64,000 nucleotides of DNA, from positions 259,098,001 through 259,162,000 of the forward strand of contig OZ024743.1 of the NCBI GenBank assembly GCA_964016885.1, in the 5' to 3' direction. Under the pieces are notes generated by a model that saw only the letters and a list, made by a program, of their open reading frames with translations, ran no database searches and had not been told where the DNA came from. The translations under genes were made by a program, and so were the position numbers. Below are positions 40,614-53,039 of the stretch, one piece after another (the stretch's first letter is position 1; each line of letters opens with the position of its first letter). The DNA is from Eledone cirrhosa (lineage: Eukaryota).

Positions 40614-43600
40614 GGTCTGATCGGACGTCTTTTTGCTAGCTCTCGTAAGTCTCTTTATTTACCTATCTTAATTATTTATTTTTAAACTTTTGTTGTTGTG
40701 TAAGAGATATAATGCCTTGGACTTTGCCCCGTGAAGGGGAAAGTATAATATTTGGGCCTTTTGGCCCAAATATTTGAACATTTTACTTTTCAAAAATTAT
40801 CCAAAAACATGGCTCAGTCACGCCCCCCAGCGATATGTCTGCTGTCGTGTGACAACGGCGTAAAAGTTGAGAGGAGTGTTACGTCGAACACAGAAATTGA
40901 TACAACAAATACCATCACAAACAACGTGAACTAAGGCAGCAATGACAACAACACTGAGAACACTAATTTAAAAAAAATGACCACACCAACCACAACAGTA
41001 ACGGCGACAACCAAAATACAAACAACAGAAAAAAATGACAACAAATGCAAAAACAAGAAAATAAACAATGACAACACCAACAGCAACAATACAAATTGCA
41101 CCAAGAACAACAACGGTGGCACCAAAAACACAACCAGCTACAACAGTGATGACAGCAACAACACCAACAACACCGTTTGTAGCAGTAGCAAAAGCGAGGA
41201 CAAACAAAGAAGGGTAAAGGCTGCAAGGCGACTTGCAGCAACGTCACCACCATCACCACCAACAACAACCACACCATCACCAGCATCACCAAAACACCAA
41301 CATCGCAAACACAATAAAGCACACACACCCAACAGCAACAAGAAAACAGCAACAAAACCATCCCTCTCTGCAAAAAGTACACAGCCATAAACATTGCACG
41401 CCAAGGATTAATGGAACATATAAAACAGCACACCGATATTTCAGACTTAAATTACCACACCGCACCCCAACAATATTAATACTGTGGAAATTAAACTCGA
41501 AGATTACAAACAATTAAAACAAAAATTCCCCAACGCAGTTGGGTATTTTAGGGGTTCACTCTCCAAAAGAATATATACAGATATCATCTTGGAGACACCC
41601 ATAACCAGCCGAAGGCACGGTTCTACTGTTCCTTTCCCACACGATCAAGGTAAGTGATTCTTTCTCACTTACCCCGTTCCACACACAGCATGGCCGTACT
41701 CAGAATAGGCAGTGTAAATGTAGGTGGCCTGGGATCATCTTGGAAGCAGGGTCACCTGCTCAACGACCTCAAGTCACTAAACATAGATGTGGTGGCCATC
41801 AGCTAGACCAGAATCTGCGAAGCATGAGCCTTCACACCGATCTTCTGCGGATACGATGTACACGCATCTCCTAGCCGTCACAGGACCGGGAGGAGAAGTT
41901 GCTGTGCTATTTAGGAGAGGCTTGGATATTGCCATACGGGCCATCTTCCTGGAGCCAGAAGGTAAGTTGGTGGTGCTGGACGTGACCGGCAGCGAGGGCA
42001 ATGCTTTCAGGCTAGTAGCCGTCTACGCCCCAACAGGGGTAGGACGGCCAGATTTCTTCAGACATCTGGAGACCTTTCTAGGAACGTCCCGATCTTTAGT
42101 GTTAGTGGGCGACTGGAACGGTATCTTAGATGCACGCTGGGATTATGTGGGGTTAGTAGACAGGTGAGGGGATGTAAAAGCCTCAACAACCTACTCAGAC
42201 GTTTTGAACTGTTTGACAGGTATCGACTGGATTATCCGAATGTGCCGATGTGGACATGGGTATACCGCATCGGGTCATCCAGATCGTATTTAGATAGGGT
42301 ATTCTGTAGGGAAACAGATAAGGCTAGTGTAGGTTGTCCACAATTTAAAGTAGTCAACTACATGGACCACAAATTTGTGATCTGTGTAGTTGACTTAGAT
42401 AGACTCTATAGGCAAGGGCCCGGTTACTGGAAGCTGAACGCGTCGTTCCCGGCGCGCAAAGCTTAAAGACACCGGATTAGCGAATTAGTTAAGCGTGCGG
42501 TGACGGGTGCGATCGTCAACAACAGGTGGTGGTTTACTCTGAAAAGGGCTATTAGAGTAGAATCGATAAGGTTTAGCAAAGGAGTAGTGATAGAGGAAAA
42601 TAGAGTAGAGGGAGAGTTAGTTAGAAAGCTAGAAGAAGCGTTTAGGACAGGCATCGGAACCCACGTGCTTTCGGCGAGATTGGCACTCGACCAATTCTTC
42701 AACGCAAAGCATGAAGGATGCGTTGTCAGAGCTAGAGCGCGTGCTCTAAGACACGAGGGGACGAAAACCGTTCAATGGGCCCGGGTGGTGGAAGCGCGAC
42801 GTGGCAACAAGTCCACAATTTGGTCTTTGCCTGATCAAAACGGGCGCATGCTGCTCGAACCCGAGCAGATGTGTGCGGCTTTTCAACAGCACTTTGCTCA
42901 ATTGTTCGGGAGCAGCGGCGGACCGGATCGGTGTATGGACTTCGCTGCATACCTCGACGGACTGCCGCGGCTCTCGACGACCGCAGCGCAGTGCTGCGAA
43001 AAGCCGATAACAGCAGGCGAAATACGGGAAGCCATGTCTGACTGCACGACGGGTAAATCGCCAGGTTTGGATGGTCTGCCATACGAGCTTTATGCGTATA
43101 TGCCAGACTTATTCGGCGACCTCTTGGCAGATTTCTACTGCAACTGGCAGAAGAATGGGAGCTTTCCCAGTTTTGTGGGCCGGGGAGCGGTGGCGCTGCT
43201 GAGAAAAGAGCCGAACAAGGGGAACGTTATAGACAACTTCAGGCCCATAACTCTGCTAAACGCAGAGTTTAAGATTTTGGCCAAGGTGTTAGCAAAGGGA
43301 TTGGCGCTTGTCGTCAGTTATCTGGTGGGAAAAGCGCAGACTTGCGCCATTCCGGACAGATTCATCCACGACAACCCCCATCTCATGCGATACATCATAG
43401 AGAGGGTGGTTAAGGAACATGGTACGGGTGGGGACCTGATCAACTTGGATCAATCTAAAGCATTTGATAGGGTCGACCATCGGTACCTGGCTGCGGTCCT
43501 CAAGGCGGCCGGCTTCGGGCCCATTTATAGGGGTTGGAACGCTGCGATGCACAGCGACATCTGTTCGATTGTGAAGGTGAATGGTCACCTGTCGCAGCCG

Positions 43601-45310
43601 TTCAGCATCATGCGCTCGGTCCGCCAGGGTTGTCCCCTCTCGTCGCTCTTGTACGTATTGGCCCACGAGCCGTTACTGCACAAATTGGAAACGATGAGGT
43701 GGGTCCCACGCAAACTGGGATGCGGGAGATCCGTGTCAGCTTACGCCGAGGACGTCACCGTGGTGGTGTCGAGCACCAAACACGTCCAGATGCTCGCCAC
43801 CGCTCTCAAGGAATACGAAGCGGTGACAGCAGCAAAGATAAACCAGGAAAAGTCGGTGGGCTTGCAACTCGGCACCTGGTAGGGCAGGTCCATGCCGTCC
43901 GACAGCCATCGTGGGGCACTGGACGGAAGGATCGGTTAAATTTCTCGGGGTCTGGTTCGGTCTGGACCGCCAGATGGAGAAAAACTGGAGCGAGGTGACG
44001 AGCAGGGTGACCTCCATCACCCAGAAATGGGCCGAGAGGAGGCTGTCTCTGAAAGGTCGGGTGGAGGTGGAGAATGCATACATCGCGTCCGTCATCTGCT
44101 ACCACCTGACCGTCGTACCTTGTCTCCGCCGAACTCCTATCAAAATGGGGCGCCTTCTCTTCAGCTTTTTGTGGAAGGGACGTGCTCCCATGGTCAGACG
44201 ATCCATCTGCTGTCAACACATGTTGCGTGGAGAACTGGGCATGCCGTGGCTGATGATGCGGAAACATGCGCTGAGGCTGTGACATCTCTGGTGCTTCCTT
44301 GACGGTGAAAGGTGTGGTCGCCGTTTGCCAGACGCGCTTTTCCCCAGCTCATCTCCTTGACGGAGCTGCAGTCCTGGATCAGGAAAAGACCGAGGGATAG
44401 CGCTTGGAAGCTGGAATGTCTTCAAGCGCTCACCACCCTCTACCAGCTGGGCACTAGTATCAGTGGAACATCAATCTCGGCGTTCTATAGAGGGCTAGTG
44501 GAGGGGAAGAGCGACGACGTTCTCGGGGAGACCCTGGGCGTCGAAGACGATCAGCTGTCCGCTTTCTTCAAGAGAACTTTCAACTTCCAGAAATTCCTGG
44601 CCTGACAGTGCTACCGGGGAGTGTTGCCTGTTCGGGATAAGCTCTACAGGCACGGAGGTGCTGCCAGCCGAGATACACGCAGGGCGACGAAACCGTGCTG
44701 CACGCACTCGTTCAGTGCTCGAGGATTGCTGACTTGTGGAGTTATGTCGAACAATTGCTGTCGCGCGTAGGACGGATCCGGTTATCGACTGAGTCCATTG
44801 TGCAGATAGCCCCGCCATCCTTCTTTAAAGAGGAGGAAGGGCAGAAAGTGTTCATCTGAGATTGTATGGTGGACAAGGTTGAAAGGATTGAAGACAGACA
44901 CTTTCTTCTTAGGCGAATCCATGATTAACCTTTTCAAATTTCAGTTGAAGAGGAAAATCAGGGTGGAGAGACAAGTGCTGTCTTCTAGTAAGTTTTTTGA
45001 AAGGTGGATGAAAGTGGCGAGTCTGGTCCGAGTGAACGGGCCCGCTCTGAGTATGCGCCTGTAGGCTGAGGAGTGGAAACTGAGAGAGGGCGCTTGCCCT
45101 GGTGGTCAGGGTGGCCGTGGTCTTTTGTGTGGTTTTCGCCACGAGTGACCCCTGGAAGTTTCCCCCCTATTGGACAATTTTTTTGATATTTCTATCTTCT
45201 TGTTATAACCTATTTTACACGGCCAAAACCCACTTTATATCGTCCTGTACCGTTCTGTGCCGTCTGTAATGTTTTTCTTCATGTTAGCCCTTGTGGCCAA
45301 TAAAGAAACC
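40614..45310 (+). mobile_element. Tx1-clade copy C (diverged subfamily; ORF1 internally deleted, ORF2 decayed)
   Basis: ORF2 pieces at 41690-45064 (GDWN, SYLDR, KSPGLDG, AYAED). Ends AATAAAGAAACC followed by (ATT)n. Confidence 0.92.
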
Positions 45311-45422
45311 ATTATTATTATTATCATTGTTACACTCTGTTTAGTTCTACACCTCTATACTTACTGGCAACTACTCATCAAGTGCTAACTCTGGTGAACT
45401 TACAGTATCTAGAGGTTACATT

Positions 45423-45512
<90 letters not shown>

Positions 45513-45517
<5 letters not shown>

Positions 45518-46254
45518 TAAAGTTAGTCCTTCATCAGTGATTTCCAACCATCATTGGTATTTCATCGCTTTAAAGACCATATACCTCCGGTTGGTGCGAG
45601 CAACGGATAAAAAAAGTCGTTGGGACACGTAAATAGAGGGGACACGAGAGTGTAAACAAACAAAGATGGTGAAGCAACGAAAAGTGAGGAAGAACGAGTC
45701 AAGTCCCAAATTTCCATGAATATAAGTTCGGTGAAATCGTGAACGAGAGAGAATAAAGACCATCAAACCTGGTTGGAATGTGAGCAAAGAAGGAATTCCG
45801 TACAGGTCTAACGGGAGGAAGAAGGAATCTAGTCTGTGAATTCGGTGAACATAAGTTCTGTGAAATCGTAGACGAGAGAGAGAAAAAAAGCGAACCAGCC
45901 TGACCAAGAGTGCAAAAGAAAAGAATTACGCACAGGTCAAACGGGAAGAAGAAGAAGGAGGAGGAGGAGGAGAGGTAGTAACAGAGAGTGAGTGAGTGAA
46001 GGGTGAGGAAGAGGCTAACAGATAGAGTGACTTTTAGAGAGGGCAAAGATACAGAGAAAGAGGAAGCAGTAAGAACGAAATAGACGGGTCACAGCGGGGG
46101 AAAAAATATGTGTAAATATGAGAATAAACGTGCTGCGTGGTTGCAAATGGGTTACATATGAATAAAGTTAGTCTTTCATCAGTGATCTTCCAACCATCAT
46201 TGGTATTTCATCGCTTTAAAGACCATATACCTCCGGTTGGTGCGAGCAACGGCT
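45513..46254. mobile_element. Small non-coding element with ~95-bp direct terminal repeats, in (TA)n
   Basis: atgaataaagttagtc...ggtgcgagcaacgg at 45513-45606 and ~46158-46252. Purine-rich interior. Confidence 0.6.
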
Positions 46255-46295
<41 letters not shown>

Positions 46296-47437
46296 GATAT
46301 TAACAAATGGAAATTATATTTATAAAACCATATTTATTTCATTATACATATTTCAAGGATACCAAGTTAAATTATGGTATGCCTTGATCAGACAAAATAC
46401 AATATATACCAGTTTTATAAATAGACATTGACGTACACTTTCAAAATGCGACCGTTACTTTTGGAAGACATCAGGATAGTGGTTTGTTTACTTTAGTAAA
46501 TCGTAGTGTTAAGGATAAGTAAAAAGACGGAGAGAGAGAGAGAAACGCGGAGAAAAGAAAGGGAGAGATAAATAAAGAAAAAGAGGAAAGAACAAAGAAA
46601 AAAGAAAACAGAGGAAAACAACAGAGAGATATCAAACCAACAGACAGAGAGAAAGAACTCAAGAGAGAGAAATATAGAGATAGAGAGAGGGGGAGAGAAC
46701 GAAAACCTTAAGTCATGTCATATTAAGTTTAGTTAACAATTGAGATGAAATGAATAAATAAAATTAGAAATATTAATATTCATGAATGGAATATAAGTAT
46801 ATAATATGAGAAATTAATAATTGTTTAATTATGATTAGATATTTAGTTTAAAAATTGAGATCAATATATTAAAAATTGGAATTTAAACATCACAAAATAT
46901 ATATATTGCTAGAGAAATTACCTATCGTATAACACGTACATATAGGCAAAGGTACATAAATATATATATACACACACACACTCAGAAAATATACACTATA
47001 TCTACTCCCGCATATAATATATACATACAAAGCATAAGTGATTTTTCTTTTTTTTTTTATTACTGCTATACATTCCTTGTGTTATTAAATAAAAATTCTT
47101 AGTATATATATATAAATATATAGGATTAACTTTCATTCATTTATGGCTGTTAAAATCATGCATATCTGCAATCAAAACTGCATGGGTAAGCATGTACATG
47201 CACAAATTCCTAGCTATACATATATAAATATGTGTGTGCATCTTCACCCAATTGGTAGACACGCGTCACTCATGCATATATACAGACAGACATATAATCA
47301 TAAAAAAGCATATAACACATGTATATGTATGCTAATACACATATATAGATACATAGTCGTATATAGATAAGTACATCAATATATTACATAGTACAATTGA
47401 GTATATAAAATACAAAAGGATTATATTTTGGAAATAT

Positions 47438-47828
47438 AATTGTATCAATATAACTTAAAAGACAAACGAATTCTACAAATATCAAAATATTAAAATATTT
47501 TAAAATATTATAGAATATCTTAAGTTAAACTAATATGTTTAATAGATTTAGTATAGAAATATATCTTACGTATATTTTAATCAAGATATTGAAAGGATAA
47601 ACTTTTGAAAATTATGAGAAGCTATCAGAATAAAAACAAACCTAATAAAAAAATAAATAAAATATTATATCAATATAACTTAAAAAACAAGGATTCTACA
47701 GATATCAAAATATTAAAATATTTAAAAATATTATAGAATATTTTAAGCTAAAATAATATGTTTAATATATTTAGTATAGAAATTTATCTTACGTATATTT
47801 TATTGAAGATATTGAAAGGATAAACATT
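47438..47828. repeat. AT-rich ~220-bp tandem duplication
   Basis: tatcaatataacttaaaa...gatattgaaaggataaac occurs twice. Confidence 0.75.
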
Positions 47829-48185
47829 TCTAGAGTAGTTTATTATATCTATATTTATATTTAGGAAGAAAAGTAATACTCGAGTATTTAACCAAAGAAA
47901 ATGAAAAAGGTGAAGGAATCTAATGATTTATCGACAGGTTTCATATATTAACCAAATTACTTAATTAATTATTCTACATTTTAAATTTATATTTATATTT
48001 AAACGTTGAGTTCAATCTATGTCTGCAGCAACTGAATAAATTATTCCTTAAATTAAGGGAATTTTTGGTCTTTAATATAAAGAATATTTCCTCTATACAA
48101 AGATCACAATTTTCCGAAGAGGAATTAAAAGGAGTAGCTTTTGAAATAATATTCCAAATCAGCGAATATTCAACATTATCTCGTT

Positions 48186-48268
48186 TTAGGTCCCATAATA
48201 GGCTAGATAGCGAAGTTATCCAAACAAAAAATCTTCAACTTCGCTATCTAGCCTATTATGGGACCTAA
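48186..48268. repeat. Perfect 32-bp inverted repeat with 19-nt spacer
   Basis: ttaggtcccataataggctagatagcgaagtt / aacttcgctatctagcctattatgggacctaa. Confidence 0.9.
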
Positions 48269-48762
48269 TGTAACTTTTTCTAAGTAAAAAAGTGAGGGTA
48301 TTTTCGTCTACTGAATTTTGTTAAAAGATTAAAGACATTATTTAAATATTCACTTCTTTAAAATTTACAAATGTCTACACTTCCGGTTATACGACATTCC
48401 TAACGTCTTCACGAACCAAAGTATCATCTTCCTGTTTTCTTTCGGTTGCAACGTTTTTCGAAATATTTACTTCTGCGTTCACAGATAGATTTTTTTAGTT
48501 TCAGAAGATCCCGTTAAGGGTGAAAGCAGCGTTTCTTTGCTTAAAATTTAATCTGTTATTTTAATATATATATATATATAATTATATATTCGTGTACAGA
48601 TATTTTTGCATACACAATAACAAAATATAAACAAACGTATTTATTTCACGAAAGCACAGACAGCTTATCGTCATTGTTACTGCCGATATGCCACCCAAAA
48701 TTTCCTAGCCTGGCCGCAAGATCAGATTTTCCAGAAGAAAAAATATTACTAGAGTAACAGAG

Positions 48763-49645
48763 AGACTAAGCTTCGCGATTACCATCAATAAAGCTCAGGG
48801 TCAAACCCTAAAAGTGGCTGGCCTTCATCTGGGAAAAAAATGGTCAATTGTATGTAGGATGATCTAGGGTGAGCTCGCCAAACAATCTCCTCATCTTTGC
48901 TTCCGAGGGCCGAACAAACTCTGAGGCTCTAACAATGTAATTTACGTATTTTCTGTTACTTGGAATTTCCATTATGGTTGTACAAATTATTGTAAAGTTT
49001 GTTAAAATTTTGTTCTCTGTTCAACCTTTATTGTAACTCTTAATTTTCTTTAACGTACTGGCTACTGAATTGGGGAATCCTAAAAACTATTCAAACCCAA
49101 CATCAGAGCACGTTACTGGCGCTTCAGTATGGTGTTCAATTCTCATATCGTTTTTTATTGATATGGTGCATATATCGCAGCTATTCATATGTTTTTAACA
49201 TTAGATAACGATTGCTGATGTATATTGTACGACAGAATTAGCTGAAAAATATTTTGAATGAACAATTAAAAGAGATATAGTAATCTATACATAATATAAA
49301 AGAGAGATATTTGTTGGTTGGTTCCTTCGCGTATCAGACGAAAAAAACGAAATCTGACAATCGGAAAGTATGTACAGGATTGGGATAAGAGTATAACCAG
49401 GAAAGTTTATTGATACTAATTTTATAACACCAAAGAAGAAGAAAGACATACCACGTATGCTAACCAACCTAACTGCTATTTCTAGCAGGCTGGGAATCAA
49501 CCATAAGGGATTCTCTCTGCGAGTTCGTTGTCAGTGATGATCGTGTTTCGCGACCTATGTCTCCGATTCCAACGGTGGTTTACACACACACACACGCACG
49601 AACACTCACACAGGCACACACACACACATACACACACACACACAA

Positions 49646-49676
<31 letters not shown>

Positions 49677-49677
49677 A

Positions 49678-49708
<31 letters not shown>

Positions 49709-49741
49709 TATACACAAACACACACACACACATATACACAT

Positions 49742-49828
<87 letters not shown>

Positions 49829-49937
49829 ACACACACACTGTAAACAAGACAATGCATTCAATACAGACGTTTTCTCTTCTGCCGGTCTTTTCTTATTATC
49901 ATTTGTTAACCTTGGCGAAGCTGGGTACCTCAGCTAG
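48763..49937 (+). mobile_element. Helitron 3' portion with PIF1 helicase remnant
   Basis: RLSFAITINKAQGQTLKVAG...GQLYVG*SRV at 48763-48930. 3' hairpin ccttggcgaagctggg...CTAG at 49910-49937. Confidence 0.75.
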
Positions 49938-50078
49938 CATATATATATGTAAAAGGCAAACAACATACCAAAATGATATAATACAATGAAAAAATATAGA
50001 ATTTTAATACTTGATATATTAGGAAATGTGTCTTAACGTTTCGTACATTAGTCTCACGTCAAAAGATGGAATGTGAAG

Positions 50079-51182
<1,104 letters not shown>

Positions 51183-51376
51183 TACGTGTTAGATTCCCTA
51201 TATGTATATATATATAAATGGCGGGAGAAATCATCATAGATATTGTATTATTTATTTATGTTCATATACGGAGGAAAGGCCATACCTCCAGAATACTAGA
51301 GGTAACCTTTTTCAATCGCTTATACGAGTTTATAAGATACCGGTAAAAATAAAATTTGCTAAGAACGCGTGTTTAC

Positions 51377-51502
<126 letters not shown>

Positions 51503-51594
51503 ACACATACACACACACACGCACACACACACACACGCGCGCGCGCGCGCGCAAACATGCACGCACACACACATACACACAAACATATATATAT

Positions 51595-52250
51595 ATATTT
51601 GAATTTCGTATTTCTAAAGAAATACGGTATGTTTATAAATAAACATTTAGAAAACCATAGCTATGAATAAAACTGGCAGCTAACACCACCAAGCGACGCA
51701 CGGCAGAAGCTATGGGGATAATCGTTGATGTATTTCGAACTCACCATGATTTCGACAGGACGCCCCCCCCCACCCGCTCTTGCAACTGCCGAACTTTGAA
51801 AACAGCCGAAAATATATAGTTTTTTCGTCTGTGTAAATGAGGGGATTAATTTTATTTGCATTTGAAGCTGCATAAGTTGGCTCAACTTAATATAGAATAG
51901 AATTAGAATTTAGCTTCGAACATAGTTGTATATAAATATGTATTTAAATTTCATATTTCTAAAGAAATACGGTATGTTTATATATAAACATTTAGAAAAC
52001 CATAGCTATGAATAACATTGCTAAATCCTAATTCTATTCTATAATAAGTTGAGCCAACTTAAGCAGCTTTATATACAAATGAGATCAATCACCTCATTTA
52101 CATAGACGAGAAAACCATATATTCTCGCCTGTTTTCAAGTCCAGCAGTCGCAAGTGTGGGAGTGATCGTCCTGATGAGGACTAGTTAGATTCGAAATGCA
52201 TCGACGATTGCCCCCCTTGTTTCTGCCGATCGCCGCTTGGTGGCGTTAGC
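51595..52250. mobile_element. Hammerhead-containing non-coding repeat (retrozyme-like): ~1.2 tandem units on minus, then an inverted partial unit
   Basis: Period ~345 nt (51601 vs 51946). Degenerate HHR at 51721-51762 (-) and good HHR at 52165-52208 (+). Confidence 0.75.
52165..52208 (+). ncRNA. Type I hammerhead ribozyme
   Basis: Stem I atcgtc/gacgat, CTGATGA, bulged stem II, GAAA, palindromic ATGCAT stem III, AUC site. Confidence 0.8.
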
Positions 52251-52514
52251 TATATATATATTGAGCTCAGCTGTCGGGGTCTTACTGGTTCCTATATATA
52301 TATATATATATATATACAGGAAAAGAGTCAGGACCCCGACGACTGAGCTCCGGCCGTTTCAACTAGGGGTCGAAACGACCTGAGCGCAGCCGTCGGAGTC
52401 CTGACTTTTTTCCTATTACCCATTCTACTACCCTAAGTATCGAGTACTCTGGTGCGTTATGGTCCACCTGGTATCTTACCACACCTTCTTTGTTTTTTAT
52501 ATATATATATATAT

Positions 52515-52856
52515 GTTATTGCGGGTTGAATCGGAGGTAACACAGTAAGTAAGGTACTCAATACATAGCAGAGTATAAATGTTTTAATATAGAAGAGCTT
52601 CTACAGGACTAGAACTGTTTCATTCTTTAGAAATCATCAGGAAGTATCCGCTTCAATATATGCCAACTTAGTCATGGCATACTTGGAAGTCCAGATATAT
52701 GAACAGTCCAAATCAAAATACGGATTGACCTTCCACAAATATTTATCAGAGAACTGGAAACGGTACTTGGATGATTGTCTCATTCTTTGGTCTCACACAC
52801 TCGACCAACTAAATGATTTCAAATATTTAAATAACGGCATCAATTAACGACATCCA
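52515..52856 (+). mobile_element. Penelope fragment: inverted pLTR (52515-52645) joined to an RT piece (52646-52856)
   Basis: ASIYANLVMAYLE...WKRYLDDCLILW. Confidence 0.8.
52598..52644 (-). ncRNA. Type I hammerhead ribozyme in Penelope pLTR
   Basis: cttc-CTGATGA-tttctaaagaat-GAAA-cag..ctg-TA-gaag: stem I cttc/gaag, stem III acag/ctgt, GUA site. Confidence 0.72.
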
Positions 52857-53039
52857 TATATATATATTCTCTCCATCTTAACATGCTAACGTTACTCCCA
52901 CACACACATACACACATACACACACATAACACCCATACACACACACACAACTCCCTTTCCCATTTCTACTAATAGAATCATCCCCCCCCCACACACAAGC
53001 ACACAAATAAACATACATATCTCTACTTTCTTTATTTCA

